Source: Candidatus Poseidoniaceae archaeon (GTDB taxonomy: Archaea > Thermoplasmatota > Poseidoniia > Poseidoniales > Poseidoniaceae). From it: DNA of 64,000 bases. The stretch spans positions 13,089 through 77,088 of the forward strand of contig CAXPMI010000060.1 in assembly GCA_964218365.1 (NCBI GenBank), written 5' to 3'. Both the position numbers and the translations under genes were made by a program. Under the pieces are notes generated by a model. That model was not told the DNA's origin. It made no database searches and saw nothing but the letters and a program-made list of their open reading frames with translations. Shown one piece after another: positions 1 through 9,415 of the stretch. Each line of letters opens with the position of its first letter. Within the stretch, counting starts at the first letter, position 1.

Positions 1-1
1 G

Positions 2-250
2 CACTGGATAGGGACAGTTGAATTCAGTGATAATCTACTGATTATCGAGAATCCCATGTCTTATGATGTTCCCTTATTGATTGAGTTTGATGGAGATGGT
101 CCACAGTGGGATGTTTCTACAGATATTATCCTAGAATCAGGACAAAGCACAACCGTAAGTGCTACTGCTCCTCTAACCGGACATTCATACTCTTGGTTAG
201 AATTGGATGATGGAGATGTAATTCTCCATCTCGTAAATCATGAGGAGTAA
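2..250 (+). CDS. 3' end of a gene truncated by the window edge (hypothetical protein)
   Basis: The frame of the listed 56-250 ORF stays open back to base 2 (HWIGTVEFSDNLLIIENP then MSYD...). Stop TAA 248-250 lies 2 nt before the panE ATG, and a GAGGAG SD sits in its last codons. No motif recognised. Confidence 0.4.
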   Translation, partial: HWIGTVEFSDNLLIIENPMSYDVPLLIEFDGDGPQWDVSTDIILESGQSTTVSATAPLTGHSYSWLELDDGDVILHLVNHEE

Positions 251-252
251 AT

Positions 253-1143
253 ATGCGAATTGCAGTCTTGGGCGCCGGTTCTATCGGGTGTTTAATCGCT
301 GCAAAACTAGTCAGGGATGGTCATGATGTTCTCGTCCATGCAAGAGGAGATCACGGCGCGACCTTGGCAATTCAAGGCCTGAAAATCACTGGGGAATGGG
401 ATGTTGAAATCATGCCAGATGAATGGACAGTAAGCCTTGATGAAGCAGGAATACACGATGCTTTGAAGAAATCATTCGATCAAGCAATTATTACTTGCAA
501 GACAAAAGATACAGCTAAACTATCTGAAATCGCAGTTTTACTAACAGATGGACCAGTATTATCTCTCCAGAATGGTCTTGGTAATCATGAAATTCTCCAG
601 CAATATGTATTCGAAAATTCTGCGGTTGGTGTTACAACAAATGCAGTAAAGAGATTGGGTCCAGGCGAAATCGAGTGGGTCGGAAAAGGCAACCTGCGCT
701 TAGGTGGGCCTAAGGGAGAACACTTTGCAAATACACTTCAATCTCTAAATGCTGAGTACAATGAAGATGTGTCATCAATAATTTGGAGAAAGCTGCTAAT
801 TAATGTCGCAATTAATCCGATTGCAGCAATCTGTGGTGTAAGGAACGGTGAATTGAGCCGTGAACCCTTGTTGTCCCAATCAGAATCTACAATGTTGGAG
901 GCAGCAGGTGTTGCTAGGAACCTAGGAATAAATCTCCCTGATGACCAAGAGTTGCTTCAAGATTTACACACTGTATTACACACTACTTCGGAAAATGAGT
1001 GTTCGATGTTGGCAGATATCAAAGCGGGAAGAGAGACAGAAATAGATGCACTGTGTGGACAAGTTGTTTCACGCGGTGAAAGTTTGGGAGTGCCAACTCC
1101 TCTAAATTCAATGCTTCTTTCCCAAATCAAGGCCCTCAGATGA
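253..1143 (+). CDS. panE: 2-dehydropantoate 2-reductase (ketopantoate reductase, ApbA/PanE family)
   Basis: N-terminal Rossmann MRIAVLGAGSIGC. C-terminal PanE signature SMLADIKAGRETEIDALCGQVV...GVPTP. 296 aa. GAGGAG SD upstream of the ATG. Confidence 0.8.
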   Translation: MRIAVLGAGSIGCLIAAKLVRDGHDVLVHARGDHGATLAIQGLKITGEWDVEIMPDEWTVSLDEAGIHDALKKSFDQAIITCKTKDTAKLSEIAVLLTDGPVLSLQNGLGNHEILQQYVFENSAVGVTTNAVKRLGPGEIEWVGKGNLRLGGPKGEHFANTLQSLNAEYNEDVSSIIWRKLLINVAINPIAAICGVRNGELSREPLLSQSESTMLEAAGVARNLGINLPDDQELLQDLHTVLHTTSENECSMLADIKAGRETEIDALCGQVVSRGESLGVPTPLNSMLLSQIKALR

Positions 1144-2716
1144 GGTCTTTGTTCCAATGCAATCCTCTATTTTCATCTCTAGATAATGCATCATCTGTAA
1201 TCAAATTAGCAACCAGAATGAGGTTTCTTAATTCTACTAGTTCACGGGTTGGAAGGCTCCTTTGCCAAATCAAATCTACTTCACCAGAAAGTAGATTGAG
1301 CATCCTATTTGCTCTCTCAAGTCTGCTAAAACTCCTAACTATCCCAACGTCATCAGTCATCGTTTTCCTCAGGGTTTCTAGGTCTCGAATTAGTGGTGCA
1401 TGCTCCTCAAGTTCAAGCATACCCTCAGCACGCCATCCAGGTACGTTTTCGATATCATCAATCGGATTATTGATGAAGTGTTCAGATGCTTTATTTGCAA
1501 AAACTACCGCCTCCAGCAGGCTGTTTGAGGCAAGTCTATTTGCACCATGCATTCCAGTGCAAGCAACTTCTCCGATTCCGTATAATCCTGGCATTGCTTC
1601 TCCATTTTCCATAAGCACTCTGCCATCGATGTCTACTTTCAGTCCCCCGACCATGTAGTGCGCTGCAGGTGCCACTGGTAATGGGTCCCTACCCAGTGAG
1701 AGTCCAAGTTTTTTCAATCTGCCTTCAATAGTAGGAAAGTGATCGTGTAGTTTGGCAGTTTCTAGGTGGTCTGTTACTAACCAAACATTATCCTCGCCGG
1801 TAATCTTCATTTTTTGGTCACATGCACGGGCTACAACATCTCTAGTTGCAAGGCTTCCATCCTTTGAGAATTCAAGAGTGAATGAGAACTCTTCTGGATT
1901 TACGTTGCTATTTCTATATTTTTTTAGCCCCTCTGAGTCCAATAGAACTCCGCCCTCTCCTCTGAGCGCTTCTGTAATCAAAAACGGTTTCTTGTTTTCA
2001 CCCATTAGAGCTGTTGGGTGGAATTGGAAAAATGCCATGTCCTTGCTTGATGCACCGGCTCTTACAGCCATTGCCAATCCGTCTCCAGTAGCAACTGATG
2101 GGTTCGTGGTTCTCTCCCAAAGTTGACCACATCCTCCAGTTGCAATCAATACTGCATCTGCAGATATCGCTTCCATTTCACCACTATCAAGGCAGAGGCA
2201 CCATAACCCCTTGATTCCTTTACTAGGATTTCCATGTTGTCTTTGGATTAGGTCTACTCCCAATGTGCGTGGCCGCATTTTAATCCTGCCACTCTTTGAA
2301 ACCGCTTCTGTTAGTGCCCTTTCAATTTCGGCTCCAGTGGCGTCCTTTGCGTGTAAAATTCTGCGAGCAGTATGACCTCCTTCCTTCACAAAATGAAATT
2401 CATTCCCATCTTTTTCGAATTCTACGCCTACCTCTAGAAGATCCCTTATTCTGTCTCCTGCTTCTTCAACTACCAACCTTACTACATTTTCATCGCACAA
2501 ACCATCGCCTGCTGCTAAAGTGTCTGAGATATGAGCGTCCTTTCCTTTTCCATCTGTTTTGTCTAGGATGCCTGCAATTCCTCCTTGTGCCCAATTGGTA
2601 GAGGAATCTTTTGGCCTTTGCTTGGTAATGATGACAACATCATGGCCAGCTTCATCCAAGCGTAGTGCAGCAAATAGCCCCGCTATGCCGCTACCGATAA
2701 CCACGATGCGAGACAT
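1136..2716 (-). CDS. nadB: L-aspartate oxidase
   Basis: FAD fold VVIGSGIAGL, AQGGIAG, FHPT, HGANRLASNSLLE, C-terminal ENRGLHW. 526 aa, typical NadB size. Its last 8 nt overlap the panE end. Confidence 0.85.
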   Translation of the reverse strand: MSRIVVIGSGIAGLFAALRLDEAGHDVVIITKQRPKDSSTNWAQGGIAGILDKTDGKGKDAHISDTLAAGDGLCDENVVRLVVEEAGDRIRDLLEVGVEFEKDGNEFHFVKEGGHTARRILHAKDATGAEIERALTEAVSKSGRIKMRPRTLGVDLIQRQHGNPSKGIKGLWCLCLDSGEMEAISADAVLIATGGCGQLWERTTNPSVATGDGLAMAVRAGASSKDMAFFQFHPTALMGENKKPFLITEALRGEGGVLLDSEGLKKYRNSNVNPEEFSFTLEFSKDGSLATRDVVARACDQKMKITGEDNVWLVTDHLETAKLHDHFPTIEGRLKKLGLSLGRDPLPVAPAAHYMVGGLKVDIDGRVLMENGEAMPGLYGIGEVACTGMHGANRLASNSLLEAVVFANKASEHFINNPIDDIENVPGWRAEGMLELEEHAPLIRDLETLRKTMTDDVGIVRSFSRLERANRMLNLLSGEVDLIWQRSLPTRELVELRNLILVANLITDDALSRDENRGLHWNKDLI

Positions 2717-2766
2717 TGTCTTCGACTATGCGTGGAGCCTTACACATTCAAATGTGACTCATAGAT

Positions 2767-3597
2767 ATGTGCGACATCAATAAGGGTCTTGCCTTCCAGC
2801 GTCATAATATGGGACTTAAGAAAAAGTTGGCTGCACTAGTCGGCTTAGTTCTAATTTCTGTCTCTGTTGCAAATGTCGAACTCGGGGCTTTGATGAATCT
2901 TGACCCACCTCAAAAATTGATTTTGGCAAGGGTGGCAGACCCCGGTTGCAACGCAGATGATATTCAGAAAGATTTGGACGCAGGTGAGGCAAATGCCTGT
3001 GTTACCAATCCAGGTGTTTGGGATGCTCCTGACCTTCTCCTTCTTGGAGAAGGTATACTCATATTTTTGGCATCTTTCTTGAGGTGGCCAAGAAAAGGTC
3101 GTTGGGCTATTAGAATACGAAAGATGGCAATTGTTTCTGGTGTAATTCTTTGCGGAGTTGCTCTTGCAGATAGATTTGACAAACTGCCAGGGACCTCATC
3201 AGATGATCTCGCCGCCCTGTTGCCTTTCCCTGCACCAGGCATTGCAGTGCAAATTGGGTTGTTTGCCGCAGGTATATTCCTAATTCGAGGTCCAAAGTAC
3301 AAAATTCATTTTGAGAAAGAGAAGAAGAAAAAAGATAGAAATTATTCTCATCAAGAACTAGACCTTGCATACAAGCAGGGCGGTAACTTGGGTTCTCTTT
3401 CCAAGGCTGGAAAGAGCAAAAGTGTTGCGAAATACAAGACTGTGGGTGAATTGTGGGGGCATCAAGGATTGTCAGTATACGAAGATGCCTTCGAGGGTGG
3501 AATGCGAGATAATTTTGCAATGGCTGCAGGGCGAACTTGTCATTTATGCAATGGTGAAGGATGTGCAGGTTGCTCCTACAGTGGAGTTTACTCTTGA
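2767..3597 (+). CDS. Membrane protein with a C-terminal CxxCxGxG-type zinc knuckle (hypothetical)
   Basis: Several hydrophobic helices (LAALVGLVLISVSV, ILIFLASFL, IVSGVILCGVALA, IAVQIGLFAAGIFLI), a Lys-rich linker, and terminal CHLCNGEGCAGC. Start is ambiguous: ATG 2767 or ATG 2809 (MGLKKK). Confidence 0.55.
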   Translation: MCDINKGLAFQRHNMGLKKKLAALVGLVLISVSVANVELGALMNLDPPQKLILARVADPGCNADDIQKDLDAGEANACVTNPGVWDAPDLLLLGEGILIFLASFLRWPRKGRWAIRIRKMAIVSGVILCGVALADRFDKLPGTSSDDLAALLPFPAPGIAVQIGLFAAGIFLIRGPKYKIHFEKEKKKKDRNYSHQELDLAYKQGGNLGSLSKAGKSKSVAKYKTVGELWGHQGLSVYEDAFEGGMRDNFAMAAGRTCHLCNGEGCAGCSYSGVYS

Positions 3598-3640
3598 ATG
3601 CACCACTACGGCTAATTTCACACTATCCAAGAATGGGCCG

Positions 3641-3654
3641 CTCGCGAGCGCGAG
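3641..3654 (+). other. Short GC-rich hairpin (CTCGC-GAGC-GCGAG) in the gap before smc
   Basis: 5-bp stem with a 4-nt loop read directly, about 45 nt after the stop of the upstream gene. Function unknown; no T-tract follows directly. Confidence 0.2.
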
Positions 3655-3734
3655 ACTCGTAACCTTCAAAACCCCCCTCGCCTCCTTTGTGATTTAACGT
3701 CAAGGTTTCAGTACCTTGATTATGAGGGAAAGGG

Positions 3735-6700
3735 ATGTTTCTAAAATCACTCGAAGTTGAGAATTTTAAATCCTTCAAGGGAGAAGCAGTGATTCCATTC
3801 GACCGTGGTTTTACTGCAATTACTGGGCCGAATGGTTCTGGTAAATCCAATTGTGGTGATGCTATACAATTCGTATTAGGTGCACGCTCAGCAAAGGTAC
3901 TGCGTGCTCAAAATTCGAAGGATTTAATTTTCAATGGTGGAAAATCCAATCGCCCTGCAAGAAATGCGAAAGTTACTTTGGTTTTCGCTAATCCTACCCT
4001 AACAAACGGTAGGAGAAGGCTCCCTCTAGACACAGACGAAGTTAGAATGACCAGGGAAGTCAGGCTAACCAAGTCTGATAATACAGTTTCAACGTATCTT
4101 TTGAACGGAGAAGAAAGTAATCAGAAAGCATTCCATCGAATCTTAGGTCAAGCAAATGCAAGGCCAGATGGGTACAACATCGTTCTACAAGGAGACGTTA
4201 CAAGGCTGTCTAGCATGACTTCGATGGAGCGCAGGAAAGTTTTGGATTCAGTGGCAGGTGTTACATCATATGATGATGAAATACGTAAAGCAGAGCGCCA
4301 GAAAGGGCAAGTTGAAGACTATATCGAGAGAATTTCATTAGTCGAATCCGAGCAAAAAGACCAATTGAAGAAATTGGAGAAGGAGAAGGCTGTCGCTGAG
4401 AGGGCTAGAGAGACGAAGGAAGAGTTTGATGCAGCCCATGTCATTTTGCAACAATCTCGCCATCATACTGCAAAGGCGGAAATAGCACATCACGCAGATG
4501 AAAGAAACCGATACCTCGGCGAGGCAGCAGAACTAGAATCACAAGTAAAAGCGGCAGAGATTTTACTTCTCGAACTCGATGATAGAATTGGTGAACTTCA
4601 AACACAAATCTCTGAGGCTATGGGTGGAGATAAGAGTGGGCTCAACAAGCAAATAGGGGAATTACAAGTCTCTCTTGCTTTGAAGCATGACCACATAGAA
4701 GAAGCAGAGTCAGCTGATATTGAAGCAAAAGAGCAACTCGAAGAATTAGAGGAAATGATTACAGCGGCAAAGGAAGACCTTGCCGAACATGAATCGAGCC
4801 TAATAGCTGCAAAAGAAGCATTAGTGACCAGTAAGAAGGCATTTGCAGAAACAGAAGCCATCGAAAAAGAAATTCGTGAGTCGCTCGAGAACTCAGGAGC
4901 TGCAAATGCAGCGCTTTCGACTGCGCTCACCGAAGCAAATGCTCGTCTTGAATCGTGCAGAGAATCAGTTAACCTAGCGAAAATCGATGTTGAAAAGGTT
5001 GCAAACCAAGCAGACTTGGTTGCTGAACAATTATCCGCAGCTGAAGAATCAGTTGAAGATGCAAGACTTGCATACGATGACTTGCAATTGCAGGTTGAAG
5101 AACTTGGAGAATCGGATCCAGATACAGATAGAACTGCATTAGCAGAGGATTTACGCAAGGCACAATCAGCAGAAAAGAAACTCATCGAGAATGCGACAGC
5201 AGTAAACAATCGCCTTCAGGAAGCGGAGAGAAAACTCTCAGCAGCCCGCACGGAATTGGATAAGCGCTCTGGAAGCAATGGAATGGCTCCGGGTGCTGCG
5301 GCAGTTATGGCTGCAAGAGATAGAGGTGAACTCAGAGGAATCATAGGTACAATATCTGAACTATGTGCTCCAAAAGACCCTGCTCACGCAGACGCTTTAG
5401 CAACTGCAGTAGGCGGTGGGATGAACTCTGTTGTTGTTGAAAATGACCAAATGGCTGCGGAAGCAATGGCTCTTCTGAAAAGCAAGCGCCTCGGTAGGGC
5501 TACATTCCTTCCACTAAACAAAATGCAAGCCAATCGTCCTTCAGGAAAGGCAGCGATGTCTGCAAACAAGCCGGGGGTGCTTGGTTTTGCCCATGAGCTG
5601 TTGGATTATGATCCAAGGATTGCTACAGCAGTCGCTTATGCATTAAGGAATACTCTAGTTGTAGACAACATTGGAACTGCTCGCAGACTTATGGGTGGTG
5701 TAAGGCTTGTAACGCTTGGTGGTGAAATTACCGAACCTGGTGGTGCTATGGTTGGTGGAAGCAGGCAGAGAATGAAGACTGGCTTTGGTGGTAAAATCCA
5801 CGGCGCAAGTGAAGTCGAGAAACTTGTCGGCGAGGTACAACGCTTGTCTGTGATGGCTGAAACCGTTTCATCAGCATTGAATCAAGCAAGGACAAAGCAA
5901 AATGAAATTCGAGGCAAGATCAACTCCTTAGCGGAGGATGACCGTTCCATTAAACTAGGGACATTGAAGGCTGAAATTGAAATTGCCTCCAAAGAATTGA
6001 CCAAGGCAAAAGGCGCTGCTAGCGAATTACAAAGAAGGCTTTCAAACCTCGAATCGGACCACGTCGGAAAGGTACAGATGCTAGAAAATGCAAAATCAAA
6101 ATTACTTCAGGCAGAAGCTGACAGAGAAAAAGCCGAAACTGACGTCAGTAATGCTAGTCCAGATGGAATCAGGCAAAGGTTGCTAGAAGCACAATCGATG
6201 CGAATGGAGGCAGAAGGTGCAGCTAACATGGCTCAAGTCACTCTTGACAGTGGCCAAGAGAAGGGTGATTTGCTCGCAGACAGACTTGATTCTTTGACAT
6301 CTAGAGCAGATGAAATTCAAGCAGATATGGCTGGAAGAGAAAAATCTGTAAGAGGTTGGAAGTCCTCTATAGAACAAGAAACTATTCTTCTGAAAGAAAA
6401 GGAAGAAGAGCGTGCATCACTACTTGAAGAACATGAAGAACTCGACAATGAAAGAAAAGAGTTGGTCGAAGAAAGAGCGGAAGTCAAAGCGAATGCAAAC
6501 CAAAAGGCGACCTCTGCAATCAATTGCCGCTCTATGGCAGAAGACATCGCAAACAGCCTGGCAGTAAGGGAACAGAGCCTAGCCGACCTATTGGTCGAAA
6601 TGGCTGCAGAATCGATACCTGTTGCAGAAGAAGATGCAGACTTACCAAACGTTGGAGATGCACAAAAATCTGTCAATACATTGCGAAGAAAACTTGACAA

Positions 6701-7625
6701 GTTTGGCGACTTCAATATGCTAGCAATCGAGCAATACGATACTTGTAAGGCACGACTAGATGAAATGAAAGACGATTTCAAGACTCTACAACAGAGGAGA
6801 AAGCAACTTATCGATATTACAGATAAGTTGGAGAGTCAAAGAAAGACTCGCCTCCTGTCCACTCTGAAAGAAGTTAACGAGAATTTCAAAATCGTATACA
6901 ACCGCCTTTCCAATGGCGGTCGTGGTGAACTATTCTTAGAGAATCCAGACGAGCCGTTCAAGGGTGGATTGGACATGTGGGCTCAGCCGAGAGGAAAGTC
7001 GAACAAATCTAGACTTCAAGGACTATCGGGTGGAGAAAAATCAATGGCTTCACTTTCCCTTATTTTCGCAATACAGGACCACGATCCAAGTCCATTCTAC
7101 TACTTCGATGAAGTCGACCAAAACCTCGACGTTCCAAACTCGAAACTGATCGCTACAGAATGTAGGAACAGAAGTGAAGCGGCACAGTTCATTATGGTAA
7201 CACTGCGCAAGGTATCTCTTGAACTTGCAGACCACCACATTGGAATAACACATGGTGGAGATGGATGTTCTCGAAGAATAGTTGACTTCGATAGAGAAAG
7301 AGCAATCGAATTAGGAGCAGAAGCTGAAAAGGAAGCAAGCAACGCAGCTGAAAAGAACCATTCAAGAATTGAAGAAGCTAGAATAATTGCTGAAGAAATG
7401 CCCGAGGTACCTGATGCCCTACCGGCTCCTAAGAGTCTTGGTGGTTTGTTGAAGCACATGGAGTCAGAGGAGTCAGAGACGGAGCCAACAGGCTTCCTAG
7501 CCTTGTCTGAAAGGGCAGAAGACATGTCGGAAGAAATTGAGGAGAGACAGAAAATAGTCTCTGAATTACTCGCTAATGATGAAGAAGAAACCGAAATTGA
7601 AACTGAATCAGAAAAGGAGGTTTGA
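3735..7625 (+). CDS. smc: Chromosome segregation protein SMC, with a 110-aa acidic C-terminal extension
   Basis: N-terminal FKSF...ITGPNGSGKSN Walker A, long coiled coils, hinge region (GTISELC...GGGMNSVVVEN), signature LSGGEKSMASL, Walker B FYYFDEVDQNLD. 1296 aa. Confidence 0.95.
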   Translation: MFLKSLEVENFKSFKGEAVIPFDRGFTAITGPNGSGKSNCGDAIQFVLGARSAKVLRAQNSKDLIFNGGKSNRPARNAKVTLVFANPTLTNGRRRLPLDTDEVRMTREVRLTKSDNTVSTYLLNGEESNQKAFHRILGQANARPDGYNIVLQGDVTRLSSMTSMERRKVLDSVAGVTSYDDEIRKAERQKGQVEDYIERISLVESEQKDQLKKLEKEKAVAERARETKEEFDAAHVILQQSRHHTAKAEIAHHADERNRYLGEAAELESQVKAAEILLLELDDRIGELQTQISEAMGGDKSGLNKQIGELQVSLALKHDHIEEAESADIEAKEQLEELEEMITAAKEDLAEHESSLIAAKEALVTSKKAFAETEAIEKEIRESLENSGAANAALSTALTEANARLESCRESVNLAKIDVEKVANQADLVAEQLSAAEESVEDARLAYDDLQLQVEELGESDPDTDRTALAEDLRKAQSAEKKLIENATAVNNRLQEAERKLSAARTELDKRSGSNGMAPGAAAVMAARDRGELRGIIGTISELCAPKDPAHADALATAVGGGMNSVVVENDQMAAEAMALLKSKRLGRATFLPLNKMQANRPSGKAAMSANKPGVLGFAHELLDYDPRIATAVAYALRNTLVVDNIGTARRLMGGVRLVTLGGEITEPGGAMVGGSRQRMKTGFGGKIHGASEVEKLVGEVQRLSVMAETVSSALNQARTKQNEIRGKINSLAEDDRSIKLGTLKAEIEIASKELTKAKGAASELQRRLSNLESDHVGKVQMLENAKSKLLQAEADREKAETDVSNASPDGIRQRLLEAQSMRMEAEGAANMAQVTLDSGQEKGDLLADRLDSLTSRADEIQADMAGREKSVRGWKSSIEQETILLKEKEEERASLLEEHEELDNERKELVEERAEVKANANQKATSAINCRSMAEDIANSLAVREQSLADLLVEMAAESIPVAEEDADLPNVGDAQKSVNTLRRKLDKFGDFNMLAIEQYDTCKARLDEMKDDFKTLQQRRKQLIDITDKLESQRKTRLLSTLKEVNENFKIVYNRLSNGGRGELFLENPDEPFKGGLDMWAQPRGKSNKSRLQGLSGGEKSMASLSLIFAIQDHDPSPFYYFDEVDQNLDVPNSKLIATECRNRSEAAQFIMVTLRKVSLELADHHIGITHGGDGCSRRIVDFDRERAIELGAEAEKEASNAAEKNHSRIEEARIIAEEMPEVPDALPAPKSLGGLLKHMESEESETEPTGFLALSERAEDMSEEIEERQKIVSELLANDEEETEIETESEKEV

Positions 7626-8794
7626 TTTTGCAACAATCAGCCCTTGACGACTGGTTTTTGCGTCAAGATATTCTTGACCAACTGATGAGTCAAGACGAGG
7701 ATGTAAGTGAAGCAGAACGCTATGCTGACAGGATTATGCGAATCGCTCAGGAAGACAGTGCGGAACATCAAGTTTTGAGCGATCCTTTCGATAGGTCTGT
7801 TGCACTTGTTCTTTCCCTAGTAAAGGAAGAAGGCATGGATCCCTGGAATATTGATCTCTCAGCATTCCTGAAATTATTCACTCAACGTGTCAGGAAAGAA
7901 GCATCTGGTCTCGATTTGCCAGCATGCGGCCGACTTATCAGAATGTCTTGGGAAGTATTGACTGAACAGGCTTCAACTCTATTCGACAGAGTAATCGCTC
8001 TCGATCTAGATGATGAAGAGGATTTCATCGATTTCGGATGGGAATCCGAGTATGATGATGAGGAGTTCATTTTCACAACTACTGTACTGGAAGGTATCGC
8101 AGACAATCACCTCCCGGGTTTCTTCGGCGAGAGAATGCGTCGTGACGAGGGTCGCCCATCTACTCTTGGAGAGTTACTTTCAGCATTGAAAGACGCATGT
8201 GATGAGGCTGAAATCCTCAAAGCAAAGGAAGAGAATCGCAAGGCGCACGCTGAAGAATTGAAGAACATGCTCGATAATGTCGGTTCTAGGATGCACAACG
8301 AAGACATGGAAGGTGATATCAGAAGATGTTGGACTGCTATGCGTGCGGTTACTTCTGCTAGAGGGGAATCAATTGTTCCAGTCTCAGAGGTTACAACTGA
8401 ATTAGAAAAGATATTGCTACAAACATTCGGAGAAATACCAGAAGGTTACGCTGTTGAATCGAAGATCACATCATTTGTTTCAGGCCTATTTTTGACCCAT
8501 CGTGGTTATGCTTGGATTAGCCAAGAAGGTCCTGAAGACCCGATTATGTTAGAAGATAGGTGGCCTAATGCTGCCACATTTGAAGAAGCTACAGAAATGG
8601 GTGAGAAGTTAATCGCCGATGATTATCAGTCTATGAAAGAGGCTGAAACGGAGTCTATGCGCCATGCGGCAAGATTGGCAGAGAGGGCTCAAGCAGCACT
8701 CGAAGCTGAAAAAGAAAGACTCAAAGAAGAGGAAATGGCAAAGATTGCTGCAGAGTCGGATTCAGAGAATCCAGAAGACTGGTTAGTCGAGTGA
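7622..8794 (+). CDS. scpA: Segregation and condensation protein A (kleisin ScpA), unusually long
   Basis: ScpA-like N-terminus DPFDRSVALVLSLVKEEGMDPWNIDLSAFL. Position between smc and scpB. TTGA overlap with the smc stop. GGAGG SD at 7616-7620 fits TTG 7628 better than TTG 7622. Confidence 0.8.
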   Translation: MILQQSALDDWFLRQDILDQLMSQDEDVSEAERYADRIMRIAQEDSAEHQVLSDPFDRSVALVLSLVKEEGMDPWNIDLSAFLKLFTQRVRKEASGLDLPACGRLIRMSWEVLTEQASTLFDRVIALDLDDEEDFIDFGWESEYDDEEFIFTTTVLEGIADNHLPGFFGERMRRDEGRPSTLGELLSALKDACDEAEILKAKEENRKAHAEELKNMLDNVGSRMHNEDMEGDIRRCWTAMRAVTSARGESIVPVSEVTTELEKILLQTFGEIPEGYAVESKITSFVSGLFLTHRGYAWISQEGPEDPIMLEDRWPNAATFEEATEMGEKLIADDYQSMKEAETESMRHAARLAERAQAALEAEKERLKEEEMAKIAAESDSENPEDWLVE

Positions 8795-8806
8795 GGAGTT
8801 GTTTAC

Positions 8807-9415
8807 ATGTCTGAAATCCCTTTGGAAACATTACTAGAAGCAACTTTGTTTAGCGCAGGACGTTCGCTGAGTGTTCAAGAGTTATCTGAAAATTTAGGTT
8901 ACGAAGATGATGAGATTCTTGAGTCAATGAACAATTTGCAATCAACTATCAAGAGACGCAGGGGCGGAAGCTTGCAAATTGTTGAGATTGGTGGTAAGTG
9001 GGCAATGGAAGTTAAGCCAGGTATTGCAGACCATCTTCCGAGGGAGACAAAGTCTGAATTGCCTCCTAAGTTGTTGAAGGCTGCTGCACTGATTGCATAT
9101 CATCAGCCGATGCCACAATCACGGTTAGTGGAATTACTCGGCCAAAGGGCCTACGACCACATTAGAGAATTAGCTCAAGCAGGCCTTATTGGGCGAAGGA
9201 GGGATGGAAATACTCGAAGATTGACAACAACACGTCGCTTTTCTGAGATGTTTGGGTGCCCACATACAGACAGAAAGAAGGTTCGTGCATGGTTTAGAGA
9301 AATGGTGACTTCATCAGGTATGCTTGATGGAATGGAAGGCAAGTTGGCACTCAGGGATGAAGTTGATACAGAGGGCGGGGTTCAAACAACTCTTGACATC
9401 GCAGAGGATGAATGA
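8807..9415 (+). CDS. scpB: Segregation and condensation protein B
   Basis: LEATLFSAGRSLSVQELSENLG winged-helix start typical of ScpB, then a second wH (AALIAYHQPMPQSRLVELLG). GAGGAG SD. Confidence 0.85.
   Translation: MSEIPLETLLEATLFSAGRSLSVQELSENLGYEDDEILESMNNLQSTIKRRRGGSLQIVEIGGKWAMEVKPGIADHLPRETKSELPPKLLKAAALIAYHQPMPQSRLVELLGQRAYDHIRELAQAGLIGRRRDGNTRRLTTTRRFSEMFGCPHTDRKKVRAWFREMVTSSGMLDGMEGKLALRDEVDTEGGVQTTLDIAEDE

Noticed and set aside
1140-2126. Plus-strand ORFs (172 and 124 aa) antisense to nadB.
   Set aside because: The sequence is Ser/Leu/Phe-rich with no motifs. nadB on the other strand has every family signature.
3598-3734. Possible tRNA or small RNA in the 137-bp gap before smc, including the GC-rich palindrome GCTCGCGAGC.
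   Set aside because: I could not fold a cloverleaf: there is no acceptor/T-arm pairing and no GTTCRA-type T-loop. Only a short hairpin is supportable.
4598-5209. 203-aa minus-strand ORF inside smc. Similar ORFs lie at 6317-6781 and 7100-7636.
   Set aside because: The products are Ser/Ala-rich and low-complexity. This is the expected mirror of GAA/GCA/GCT-rich coiled-coil codons on the coding strand. There is no SD and no motif, and the ORFs lie entirely within a confidently called gene.
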